Below are positions 1 through 13,486 of a stretch of DNA of 64,000 bases, one piece after another. The first letter of the stretch is position 1. The number at the start of each line of letters is the position of its first letter. The stretch comes from Octopus sinensis. Lineage: Eukaryota. The position numbers and the translations under genes were made by a program. Location: the NCBI RefSeq assembly GCF_006345805.1, contig NC_043003.1, positions 71,920,001-71,984,000 of the forward strand, in the 5' to 3' direction. The notes below the pieces were generated by a model. It ran no database searches. It was not told the DNA's origin and saw nothing but the letters and a program-made list of their open reading frames with translations.

Positions 1-39
1 TCTTTATAATCTTAATCAAAAAACAGAAAAACAGACAGA

Positions 40-775
40 GAGACTATCTATTTATAGACGAAGATCAGTTGCAATAGGTGGAGTTGAATTTCATAAGAAT
101 GGAAAAACAAACAACAACAAATGGGTTAAACCTCATAATGAAACTCTTTTAAGAGTGTTCAAACGCCACTGCAACTTTGAAATCGTTGCCTCAGTGAGGT
201 CAATTAAGAACGTCATCAAGTACACGCTGAAAGGCAAAGACGAAGCTGCTGTTCAAATAAACAATGACAACGAAATTAGTCATTATCTAATGGATATTAT
301 ATTGGACCATTTGAAGCAGTTACATCCATTTTCAATTCATGAAAGCACCTGCAGTAGTGAGACTGCGAGTTCATTTACCAGATGCACAGAGAATATTATT
401 AGAAATAATGAGGATGTATATGGCTATCATGAACGACATATGAGAACAACATTGACAGAATTCTTTTCATTGTGCATCAATTATGACTTTGCAAAAACAT
501 TACTTTATGCTGAAGTACCCATGTATTTCACTCGGAACAATAGAAACAAAGAATGGCAAAGAAGAAAGCGAGGAAAAATTCCGAATGCCATTTGAACGTT
601 TTCAAAGAAGAAACACCTGGTCGTGTTTATGTTGCACAGCAAAGGCAGAAGAACTGTATTATTTCAGAATTTTATTGCATGAAGTTCGAAATGGTATTTT
701 TTCCAATCCCGCCGCGCATCAACGTTTTCAACTTGGAGTGGTTGTGACCCAACGGGTCACGGTGGGTACATCTAG
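40..775 (+). mobile_element. Internally deleted Helitron: Rep/helicase fragment plus 3' terminus
   Basis: ORFs 155-595 and 483-785 give HCNFEIVASVRSIKNVIKYTLKG, TTLTEFFSLC...LLYAEVPMYF and ELYYFRILLHEVR, resembling Helitron RepHel motifs (HINVE..S..SIKY..KY..KG; LYYLRLLL). Hairpin GTGACCC-AAC-GGGTCAC (744-760) is followed by CTAG (772-775) and T, the canonical Helitron 3' end. Confidence 0.85.
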
Positions 776-999
776 TTACTACTAAGTTTTGGTTACACCT
801 GTTTACACAGAAAACCCTCATAACACACACGCACACGTATATACACACATGCGTGCACACACATACAAACACACGCACACACACGTCAACACACGCAGAG
901 TTTTGTCCTGTGTCGTCTTTAATGTTTCTCTTAATGTAAACCCTTTGTGATTAATGACGAAATCATGATTAACATCGTGTGCTCAAGAACTGGGAAGAA

Positions 1000-1965
1000 G
1001 TGATGATCAGGGTGACAAGTCTCCCCTAGAAATGCACTGAGGAGAAACTATCCCTGAAGGGTTGGTGAATGCCTACATCGTATCTGTCATCTGCTACTGT
1101 CTTACCGTCGTGCCTTGCCACGCTTCATGGCTGACCAGAAAAGAACGCTTGCTCTTTCGCTTTCTTCGAAGAAGACACATTTCTGTTTGTCAGACGGTCA
1201 ATTTGATTCAACAACCGTAGTGTGGATGACTGACTGATGGTCCGTTACATGAGCTGAAACTACGACATCTGTAGCGTTTCCATAACTATTTGCAGGTGAG
1301 GTCGACGTTTTTTAGACTCGCTTATCTGCAGTTTATCTCTTTGATAGACCTGCAGTCTGGGTTTCTGTAGAGGATTAGTGTTGGCTAAAAGCGGTGACGT
1401 CCTCGGGAAACTTTGGATGCCGATGAAAATCAACTAACCTGTCTCTTCCGAAGGACTTTCGGACCTGGGCCATCGGCAATTTCAAGAAATGATTGGCTTG
1501 ACACTGCACCCAAGAAGTATTGTCGGTTTGGAATAAGCTCTACAGGCATAGTAGTGTCGCCAACCACATCTGTCCGAAATGTGAGCAGGGCGACGCAACC
1601 ATTCTACACGTGCTAGTACGGTGCTCAAACATTGTTGGTTATGTCAAACTGTTGCTTTCATGTGTAGGATGGATGCGACTATTGATTGACTCCGTTGTGA
1701 AGATAACCATCTTCCTTTGGCCAGAAAGGGCAGGCACTTTTCCTCTGTCTGGTATCTACGGCATAAGAGGTTGTGTGACGGACAATATTGAAAGAAGTGA
1801 AGACCACCACTTTACTCTTCGACCAAGCTCTCGTGGTCTTTTTAAAATTCCACTTGAAAAGGTTGAAGCGAGTGTGCTACCCTTCACTCAGTAAATTTGT
1901 TGAAAGGTGAGTGAATATTGCGAGTATGGCCCGAGTAAGTAGGCCTACTCTAGGCCAGCACTTGC
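1000..1965 (+). mobile_element. Decayed Tx1/L1-clade LINE ORF2, C-terminal part
   Basis: RKLSLKG..VNAYIVSVICYCLTVVPC (about 1040-1115) and a CCHC-type zinc knuckle ICPKCEQGDATILHVLVRC (ORF 1520-1894). Frameshifts and stops throughout; homologous to 41870-42425. Confidence 0.75.
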
Positions 1966-2011
1966 TGGCTGCAGAGTATGTAGGAAAAGGAGTCTGGTGA
2001 GCAGAATGGCT

Positions 2012-2110
2012 CACCAGAAATACTTTAATGATGTAACAAGTTAGTGAGATCGGACGGTAATTCACCGCAAACAATTTATATCTATTTTTAAAAACAGAGA
2101 TGATACTGGG
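2012..2110 (-). mobile_element. Small LINE reverse transcriptase fragment
   Basis: NYRPISLTCYIIKVF in ORF 1877-2224 is the conserved NYRPISL motif of APE-type LINE RTs. Confidence 0.6.
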
Positions 2111-3299
2111 GTAGAAAATGTTTAGGAATAAAAATTTAGTCCAACGAATTCCTTTATAGATTAACAAGACAATATGCAAGTTGATGTCTGCACGTCTTCT
2201 GGGTGAAAGCGGAGTATCTTTCACGGCTCACTGCCGTGGTATATTTTGATAATTTTCAACGAATATATTGAGAGGTGTCAGGTTACAGAATATCAGAGTT
2301 AAAAATTACACAGCAAAATATGCACCCCATCCAAAATATTTCAGGAGATAGACAATGTAGATAAAGGACATATCAGATTACATTCTTTGATTTAGCATAA
2401 TCCATTTAGGGTCAAGGTTCCTGAAAGATCAGTAGGTTATCAAGTTTATTGCATGCATGTATGATGAAGAGAAAGAAAAGAATATCTTAGATATAAAATT
2501 ATAGAGAAAGGACAATTTACTACTGCAACCACAGAAGGGATAGTAATAAGAAGGTATTATAAAGAAAAGTTGATACAGACATGAGATTTGAAAAGAAATA
2601 AAATATACAAATGGCGTGGAGATTTGTTAGCATAAAGTGGCCACCTTTGTACTCAATTCTAGATAATCTTCGGTCTTTTTCAATTGAAGAGAAATTAAAT
2701 TAGATGCAGTAATTACGGATTAAATTATGCATTAGTTAAGGAATAAGCGACTGGTTGGTTATACAATAAATAATCCAAGTGAGAGTGCAACAATCAATAA
2801 AGTAAGAATAGTTTCATAAACACTGATTGAATCAAGGCTAATTAGCTATGCAGGGCTTTTATGTGGAAAAATTAAGACGGTTTTATCAAACAAGTGGAAG
2901 CAGTGGATTAATTACTCGTTACAATTATTAATCAAATTAGACCAACAATTTAGGATTCTAAAGCCGCTACCGCGCACAAATTACAGCTACCACATCCACC
3001 TCTGTATTGAAGGACACTACCAAAAATTGGCCACTAAATTAAGTAGTCAGTATTTTTTTGCCTGAAGTTCCATATGAACTTATCCAGCAAAGTGCTGCAC
3101 ACCTTCCTTTTGTATTTAGAGGAGTCAACATGTTTACGCAAAATTGACCTTGAATTTAGAAGCGGTAGCTTTTATGTAATATTGGACTCTATCCGATCAC
3201 TTATATCATTTATATATAAAATTATTCCTTAGATATAGATCATTTAAAGAGGATTTACCACGGTTTCTATAGTCGCACGTACTATGAAGTTTATCCAAG

Positions 3300-3700
3300 G
3301 AAGTTCATTTATTCTTTTAGCTTAATGTCATTACAAAGAAGAGATATAGTATTACTGTTATAACCAATTTTTGTACCGGTGAGATATGTATTACTTGCAA
3401 TAGATCTAGGTCCGTATTTGCTACCTGAATAATTTAAGGTAAATTTGCTATTCCTAATAGCATTCAGTTTCCTACTGTCAACAGTTGCTATATGGTCTTC
3501 TAGATTAGGCGTGCTGGAACACGCAAAATTTGTGATATATTTAATGAATATCTTACGATATAATAAATATCTTACGTTTAAAAGTGAGCTCGATATCATC
3601 GTTTAAAATCTATGGTGCTACCTGTGTAGGTGTTTACTTGGTGTTTCTACAGGACATTTATAAACTACATTTTTTCGCAGACATAAGCCCCTAAGCGGGC
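3300..3700 (-). mobile_element. Rearranged Penelope-like element fragments (GIY-YIG start and RT-endonuclease linker)
   Basis: Minus strand gives VVYKCPVETPSK..YTGSTIDFKR*YRAHF and YRKIF...FACSSTPNLEDHIATVDSRKL, similar to the PLE KIFN..VSYSC.PN..II..HN.K linker. Confidence 0.6.
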
Positions 3701-3756
3701 ATGAATTAGGTACATCACGTAAACACCAAATACCAGGTAAATACCAAATAACAGGT

Positions 3757-4478
3757 AAACACCAAGCAAAGACCTATATAGGTAACACCATAGATTTTAA
3801 ACGACGATATCGAGCTCACTTTAATTCTTTCACTAAGATAAAATACAAATTCTCGACATCAATTGCCACACACATACATGATCTTAACAAAACATACATT
3901 ATACACTAGCTTGGTCCATAATAAAAGAAGCTCCTCCTTATAATATTAAGATAGGCAAATGCAAGTTATGCTTAAAAGACTCATTAATTATTCTCCGTTT
4001 ACACTGTTTACTCTTGCAAACATAGGTTTTACTCAACATTTATGCATTATGATTCTGGATAGAGTTGAGAACCAGCCTCCACATCAATTGAAACTTTTCT
4101 GAAAAATAAAATAGCACTCTCCTTCTCTTACCTTCTACCTATAGAGCCATCAGTAGCCTTATATTATCATGCATTGTATCTCCTGCTGCAACCACTCAAA
4201 AACACTTCCACTCCCTGGTCTTTTGCATTTAACTCTATAAAAACATCCAGTAGGTAATTTCCATTAGATAAACGCAGTACATGTGAGGCTTTTTAGAAAT
4301 TTATTATCCCCGATGAAGAAGTTGGTATCTAAAAATGGTTGTAAATAACTTTTTTATGACTGGACAGCCGGACCCCCAGAAACGGCCGTATAATTATTAA
4401 CTACATTAGTAACACCCAAACTTTTTATCTTATAGTCTTAACTCCTTTTATGACTTCGTTTTATTATCTGTAAGTCGA

Positions 4479-4480
<2 letters not shown>
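3757..4480 (+). mobile_element. Penelope-like element 3' part: GIY-YIG endonuclease remnant and pLTR
   Basis: YIGNTIDFKRRYRAHF...STSIATHIHDL...WSIIKEAPPYNIKIGKCKLCLKDSLII (frameshifted) matches the PLE GIY-YIG C-terminus. An HHR-like motif (4305-4395) and (TA)n follow. Confidence 0.8.
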
Positions 4481-4549
<69 letters not shown>

Positions 4550-4550
<1 letters not shown>

Positions 4551-4870
4551 GTGAAATAGAAAGATGAATAATCTTGTAGTAGATTAATCAAAAGTTTAAC
4601 CGATACCTTAGTAGCAAAAATCACAGCAGTAAACAGCACGGTTGGAGGTACAACCATCTGGCGTTGCAACCGTGCGTTGGTGCGGATAATTGAAATTAAA
4701 ACATTATTGGTGAATTGAAGAAATGGAGCTGAACGCAGATTGAACAGAAATCGTTTTATTTCATTCTACACGTGTTTCGAAAGGCATATATATATATTTA
4801 TTTATTTTCTCGATATATTTTTAACGTTTACATCTATATATTTATATACTTTTATATGTCTTCATGATAG
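4550..4870 (-). repeat. Dispersed pLTR-like repeat abutting (TA)n; second copy at 7283-7443
   Basis: About 160 bp shared with 7283-7443 (GAAATAGAAAGATGAA...GTTGCAACCGTGCGTTGG). The minus strand carries a decayed HHR-like 3' half, GAAACACGTGTA. Confidence 0.6.
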
Positions 4871-4904
4871 TCGAAACTTTTCATATCCCACCAAACACAG
4901 GAAT

Positions 4905-5340
4905 AACTTTCTTTTCAGCAGCTAGTCCTGGTTTGGGTATGGATTCTTCTTTCTTATTGGGTGTTAACCATTATAATTTTCGTTAGCTGAGAATCCACTT
5001 TTTGTCACTTTTGATAATTCAACCCAGGAAAGGTTTGGTAGCAACTCTGCTCTTCAGAGGACAATATTTTGATTAAGTAGAGAAGCAACCATATGATGAA
5101 AGACTCACTGACCAAATGTAGATACTTTACCTAGTTCATGAAGATATTTTATGACCGAAGTAAGATTTAAATTGAACTGATTTGCTAATTCTCCAACAGT
5201 TTGCTTGGGATTTTCCTGAACGACGTCTACAAAAACTCACAATTGACAGTTTAGATGGTAGTCTTTTGTAGATGGCTGATTTGATATTTTAGATAAAAAA
5301 CGTTTCGAGATCATTTTCAAAAGTCTCAGGGGGAAAAAAC
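4905..5340 (-). mobile_element. Mariner transposase remnant
   Basis: Minus strand encodes PFLG*IIKSDKKWILS*, comparable to mariner FL.RIVTGDEKW, with upstream KYLHELGKV. Confidence 0.6.
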
Positions 5341-5759
5341 TTTGGGTATGTTTCGGAATCTGTTAATTATGAAATTGAGAACTTTTAAATGTTAGAATTT
5401 TGTTATGTAGGTTACTAATATGCGAGTTTGAGAAACGCAGTGTTGGGATTTGACAGTACACACGAACCCATTCCAACTGCTTTAACTCTCTTGCATGTCA
5501 GAGGTTAGAATGTCCATCTATGACAATTATTCAACTATTTATGCTGTAGCAAAGTTAAACATGTAAATTGATAAGAAATACAAGAAAAATACATGTACTT
5601 AAGTTGAAATGGAAATACTAGCAGGTGTTCTAGAAATTTAAGTTAAAGTTGGTTCGGAGCAAACAATAATATTCTGTATACTTCTGTAACCAACAAATTT
5701 ACCTTCTCGGCACAGAAAGGTAAACATAAAAGTTTCAAAGACATTAATACTGAAGTAAA

Positions 5760-6720
5760 TTATACATATATAAATGATAGAATAAAAAATTTAGCGCTAC
5801 CATATCCATATCTTATAATCAAGGGTTAAATTATAATTTTTGTAAGCTACCACCGTACTGATCCCACCAAACAAAACTTTAAAATTATTAAATTGTAGAC
5901 AAAATCATTTACAAAGTTAACTTCCTGTACACCCCCTTCGAATTATGCTAATTCTATGATCAATTGGCTCAAATCAATATCAGCCAAAGTAGAATGTAAC
6001 TCCACCAAATTCAATATCAACGATTACTACTTCGTATGCACTCACTTTTGTAAAAGACAGTATAGCCATCACAACTTTTGACATTGACAATAATTTACAC
6101 TCAAAGAATTCCCTTTTATTAGTTGAAAATCGACATGGATAAAGATAAACGGGATGTTCTTTTCCATGTCAGTAAAGGAATGAAAAGTTCAACCCAGATT
6201 GGTAACATCGTAAGTTCATTTATATTGAACTGCCCATATTTGCAAGCTTTCGTATGTTCTTGGAAACCTCAATAGGAATTATGGCTTTCTAATCCTTTGT
6301 GATTTCACTCTCCGCAAACTTTTAGATATGAGCTTATACATTCACATATGTTTTTCATCACTACAAAATGCGGCAAAAATACCATACATTTCATGAATAA
6401 ATAAAAACATTAAATTCCTGCAAAGCAGAACATGGCATGTCAATTGATTCAAACTATTGCATCGCCAATCAATTTCCATAACTGTAGCTAAATTGTCCCT
6501 AAAAAGGTTATAAAGCCTTTGGAAAGCTTCCACGTAAGTTCCGCAAATTCTTAAAATGTATTCACTACATGTTTCTTCGTCAACAACCTCGAAACTCATA
6601 AAAAGTTTTCCCCAACACAAAATGTATCAAACTTGATAATTCTTCTTCAAACCATGTACCTACATCCAACCCAATGACAGCCCACTCAACAGTAAATGAA
6701 ATTCTTCATTCTTATCCTCA
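5760..6720 (+). mobile_element. Decayed Penelope-like reverse transcriptase
   Basis: Successive frameshifted blocks NSMINWLKSISAK..KFNINDYY, STWIK, LFHVSKGMKSSTQIGNIVSSFIL (cf. PLE FDV.MGS.DGAE..ELVG.YIL) and VSSSTTSKL..HK follow PLE RT motif order. Confidence 0.6.
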
Positions 6721-7194
6721 ATCTTTTTAGTTTTATAAAAGAAAATCTGCGTGTGTGCATACACACACACACACGGACGCACACACACTCAAAAGCACGC
6801 AAACACGTGACTGCGTGTGAAGGTACGTGGCCTTGTAGTGCAAATACTGGCCTTACGATCATAGGGTGGTAGTTTCGATTTCTGGACTGTGCAGCGCATT
6901 ATGCTCTTCAGCGGGGTATATTTCAAGTTGTTCCTGTGTATATGTAGCCCTCTCAACCTCCAGCTTTCACATTTTGAATGTTGGGTCAATCAATGGTGGG
7001 ATGGACGGGAGTGTGCATGTATCTACTGGCGACTTCACAGCGACCTAAAACAAAGAAAACATGGTGATTACCACCAAATAATAATTACTCGCGTGTTGCA
7101 GCTATAGATATGTTTGCGTAGAAATATTTATAAACTATAATACCTGAATGTGAGAAATGCAACTGAGTTTCACGCCATAATAGATCACTCGCTT

Positions 7195-7286
<92 letters not shown>

Positions 7287-7439
7287 AAATAGAAAGATGA
7301 ATTTTCTTGTAACAGATTATTCAAAGGTTTAACCGATACCTGGGTAGCAAAAATCACAGCGGAAAACAGCACGGTTGGAGATTAAGACCATTTGGTGTTG
7401 CAACCGTGCGTTGGAGCGGATAATTGAAGTTTAATCCAT

Positions 7440-7552
<113 letters not shown>

Positions 7553-7567
7553 GAAGTGAAATTGACA

Positions 7568-7611
<44 letters not shown>

Positions 7612-7639
7612 AAAAGAGAAAAAAACAACTTTCATCATA

Positions 7640-9015
<1,376 letters not shown>

Positions 9016-10009
9016 TAGATCTACTCGATCAGAATTGACCCGGATTAAACAACAATAGCAACAACAGTCACATCTAAGCTCAGCAACTTGTTATACTAAA
9101 TAAATTATAACAAAATTTCGACATAGCTCTAATTTCTAACGGGTGAATTGTAACAGTCAACTGAAAGGTCATACCGAATTTTGGTTACGTAGATAAATCT
9201 TGTCGATTTTAATGTGAATCAGTAAACGTGTACATCTTGAGTCTATGTAGATCATAATTTCATTAACTGACACATTACATACAACCAGGGTCAACTGACA
9301 CGTTAGTCTAACTGACACATTACATACAACCAGAGTCAACCAACCAGCCTCTATGATATATATGTAGCCAACATTTGTAGCTCTTGCAGATTCAACGTTT
9401 ATAAATATATTTAGTTTTCTCCACTTCGTGCTTGTATATATTTGACATCTATATCTTCAGCTTACACCATCTAAAGAATATGCCTAATTAGCCAAAATGT
9501 ACTCTTTCTTTAATTCATTTCGTAATGAGGTTCATGGAAACACAACATATTTCTAAAGAAATACGACACTCCTGTTGGTCTATTTGATAAGCGAGGAAAA
9601 AAAGAGAAGAAATCAAGCAAATATTTGCCATTTCTCAGGCTTAATTTAGCGTTCACCATTGGATATTTTCTCTTCAGTATCAAAGAAAGAAAATGAGAAG
9701 AAAGAAACTAAATCAACTAAAAGGCAACAAAACAAATTGATAAAATAAAACAATAAATAAACAATGAGTTGAAATTGTATGGTGAGATAATAAGATGCTG
9801 TTCGTTTACTGTTATATAATATAACAAGAGCAAGAACAACTATAACATCAGTAACAATATCAACAACACCAGCAATGATATGCCAATAACTACAACAACT
9901 GCAATAACAATAATAACGGTAACAATAATAACAAGAGCAATACACAATAACTTCAAATGACAATAATACTCATAATTTCTAAGATAAGAGGCAGAAAGCC
10001 AAATATTTG

Positions 10010-10335
10010 TGTGGAGGATTAAGTCGGGACCACAACTTAATTTGGCTTTTAATGAAAGATAAAGTTGATCGCGGCAGAATTTGAACTGAGACCGGAAAAG
10101 AACATTTATTTCTCTATTGCCTTTAGGGGCTAAACATAGAGGGACAAACAAGGACAGACAAACGGATTAAGTCGATTACATCGGCCCCAGTGCGTAACTG
10201 GTACTTATTTAATCGACCACGAAAGGATGAAAGGTAAAGTCGACCTCGGCGGAATTTGAACTCAGAACGTAGCGGCAAACGAAATACCGCTAAGCATTTC
10301 GCCAGGCGTGCCAACGATTCTGCCAGTTCGCCGAC
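10010..10335 (-). mobile_element. tRNA-derived SINE, family B
   Basis: Reverse complement gives GGCGAACTGGCAGAATCG...GAGTTCAAATTCCGCCGAGGTCGACTTTACCTTTCATCC (B box plus conserved central domain). Related copies at 41675-41870(+), 45215-45392(-), 61880-62000(-), 62090-62460(+) and, decayed, 22420-22580(-). Confidence 0.85.
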
Positions 10336-10426
10336 CTCGGAAAAGAACATTACATACAAGATGATTTATCTGGTGCTCGACTCATTCTACCATCTGCATT
10401 CTTTGTGTAATCTATAACTATAAATA

Positions 10427-10495
<69 letters not shown>

Positions 10496-11431
10496 TATGT
10501 TCGTTATGCATTCCAAAACCGAGTGGTGTCAAAAGATTCAGTAAGCTTTTGGCAACCAGCTAAACTATATTTTCATTTACATATTTGCATTACAAAAATT
10601 TAACATTGTTACTTATCTTTTAGTCACCTATCGACATTTTATATCACCACCACAATGACGATGACGTCACATCTTCTATGTACGTGTGTTCGCATGTTCG
10701 TTACCTGTGTTAGGCCGATGACCGACAAGTATGTGTATGGCGGTGTATGTGTCTGTCAGTATACATACATTTTTGTGATGACTGACACACGGACACATAC
10801 GCACACGCGCGCATCTAAAGACAGACAGACACACAGAGGGGCAGAGATAGGCTTCACGTGTGCGTTAATGTACGTGCGTATGTCTCTTAGTTTATGCATG
10901 TAACTTCCCCTCCTCCCAACAGTGAAACGCGTGGATATTGAAACTTTACTTGCAGCTTGGACTTCAAACAAACAATAACGTTCACTTTGAAGTACTACCA
11001 ACATGAAGATTTGCCTGATTTAACACTACTCGCAATACTCGCAATACTCGCAAATATACCTGAAAAAAAATATTACTCTGATTATTATAACAAACTCGGA
11101 AACTTGGCGAAGTCGAAAGCTTCAGCGGCTCTTTCAATATAATTACAGAAATATTATTTGACTCCTTCTAACCAGTTTCAAGATAATGTTTTTGTAACAG
11201 TTCTTGTATTCTTCCTCATTGTGGGTATCAACGTCGCACAACCATTTTACTGTGTTATTCAGTATTTACTCTACAGCCTATAACGTTACAGTTCAATAAC
11301 GTAAGAGTTCAAAAACAGCCCTTTCCTTTTTATTCACTTTGTTCAGCATTCTGAACTGTAAAATAAATTATTTTTTAATGTAAAACTGAATTATGTCTTC
11401 TGAATTTTCTTGGCCTTTCACTTTTTTGACA

Positions 11432-12106
11432 ATTTTATTTTATTTACCTAAGATTGCCGAAACTATGCATAGTCCAGGAAAGATAGGGTAAATATTTTTA
11501 ATTTTCATTCCCTTTCAGAATTGCAACTATTAGTGGCTTGGAGTTTTAACTGCTCTTTCTAGTGAGTCAGATGTCCCATTATGGTAATCTCTTATGTGTT
11601 TAAATGTACACTGTATTTTTCTATGAATAATATATAGTCTATTGACTAATTTTTCCCTTCTCGCTAGACCACTGGTAGTAAAGAATTTTTCTATAATTTT
11701 TTTGCTACCCCAAGATTTATTAATTAATGATAAAAGGCTTTTGGCTAATTTTGAAAGAAAATCGGCAATTATATTTACTGCCGGAATATCCGCGCGTGCG
11801 CAGAGGATTTCGAAAAATTATAACACATAAACATGAAGCATATTCTTTATCGCCTCGTGTCTATATGTGAGCCTTGGCCTCCTGCTGAAGAGGCAACGCC
11901 AGTTGTAAATTAAAATTATTTCATTTTATTTACCTAAGATTGCCGAAACTATGCATAGTCCAGGAAAGATAGGGTAAATGTTTTTATTTTTCATTCCCTT
12001 TCAGAATTGCAACTATTAGTGGCTTGGAGTTTTAACTGCTCTTTCTAGTGAGTCAGATGTCCTATTATGCTCATCTCTTATGTGTTTAAATGTACATTGT
12101 ATTTTT
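11432..12106 (+). mobile_element. Non-coding partial-tandem element with hammerhead ribozyme (retrozyme / PLE pLTR-like)
   Basis: Direct repeats 11432-11620 and 11918-12106, offset 486 bp, both contain the HHR 3' half; no credible ORF. Confidence 0.75.
11880..11965 (+). ncRNA. Type I hammerhead ribozyme with intact catalytic core
   Basis: Stem I TCCTG/CAGGA; core CTGAAGA (11885-91); stem II GGCAA/TTGCC; GAAA (11945-48); palindromic stem III ACTATGCATAGT; GTC cleavage triplet (11958-60). Confidence 0.9.
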
Positions 12107-12129
12107 ATCATGTATATGCATATATAAAT

Positions 12130-12397
12130 GCACAAGTTCGGGCAAGGTTATTTATGGAAGACCAGCAGTCACCCATGCATATCGGCCTCCACTCTCCACG
12201 CCACCAGTGTTATCGAAGGAAAAAGCAACGGCCGATACAGCTTAGCACCTGTGACGTCGTAACTCATTTCTACAGCTGAGTGAACTGGAGTAACAAAGTG
12301 TCCTGCTCAAGAGCACAACACGCAGCCCGGTACGGGACTCGAACTCACAAACTCACGATCGGAAGCTCGATGTTCTAATCACTGAACCATGGGCCTT
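12130..12397 (-). mobile_element. tRNA-derived SINE
   Basis: Minus strand GGCCCATGGTTCAGTGATTAGAAC...GAGTTCGAGTCCC gives A- and B-box-like motifs. Confidence 0.75.
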
Positions 12398-12611
12398 CAC
12401 AAACACACACACACATATATATACATATATATATATATATATGTATATATGTATATATTTATATATATATATGCATATACATATACATATATATATATAT
12501 GTTTATATATGTACATATATATATAGATATATATATACACATATACATATATATACATATACATATATATACACATATATATATATGCATATACATATAT
12601 ATATCTATACA

Positions 12612-12650
<39 letters not shown>

Positions 12651-12654
<4 letters not shown>

Positions 12655-12812
12655 AAGATTATTTACCTAAGATTGCCGAAACTATGCATAGTCCATAAAG
12701 ATAGGGTAAATGTTTTTATTTTTCATTCCCTTTCAGAATTGCAACTATTAGTGGCTTGGAGTTTTAACTGCTCTTTCTAGTGAGTCAGATGTCCTATTAT
12801 GCTCATCTCTTA
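12651..12812 (+). repeat. Third, 5'-truncated copy of the HHR-bearing repeat, embedded in (TA)n
   Basis: Nearly identical to 11927-12080 (TTGCCGAAACTATGCATAGTC...GTGAGTCAGATGTCCTATTATGCTCATCTCTT), with a short duplicated start ACCTAAGATT. Confidence 0.85.
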
Positions 12813-13394
12813 ATACACATATACACATATACACATATATATATGTATATACATATATTTCGTTTTTGAATTTGGTTTGCAAGATTCTTTATATGAGTTC
12901 GTGTGTTGAAGCATATTGTATCTGGAGTGAGTCATTTTCTCTTTGAGTCTTATAATGTAACACACTCACCGGTAAAATTTCTACTTATTTCTTAATTTCA
13001 TTTTCCTGAAAGTTATCGTTGCGTCTTGCATCCTTTTCAATAGTCTTGACTCTGCCCGTTATTTACACTGCGTTCCCTTTTGTTTGTTTGTGCGCATGTG
13101 TGGGGGGTCAGTGTATGTGTGCTTATGCATGCATACATGTACGTATGTATGTGTGTATGTATGTTTGCATGTGTATGTATGTATATATGTATGTGTATGC
13201 ATATGTATATATGTATATATATGTGTGTGCATCTATGCAACTATGTACCATGTTTGTATGTATGGATGTGCATCTCTATATGTGTAGATCCATGTCTCCA
13301 TATGTGTCCTTGTGTGGAGTAAAGTGTCTGTATATATAATATATGCGTATATATATACATATATATATGTATATATATATATATATATACTTTT

Positions 13395-13486
<92 letters not shown>

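Noticed and set aside
6123-6209. Apparent 87-bp symmetric exon (AG...GTAAGT)
   Set aside because: The peptide and its flanks align in order with Penelope RT motifs that continue across the supposed splice sites.
11519-11561. Exon-like 43-bp segment (TTTCAG...GTGAGT) repeated three times
   Set aside because: It lies within the HHR-bearing repeat, has stops in two frames and has no supporting gene context.
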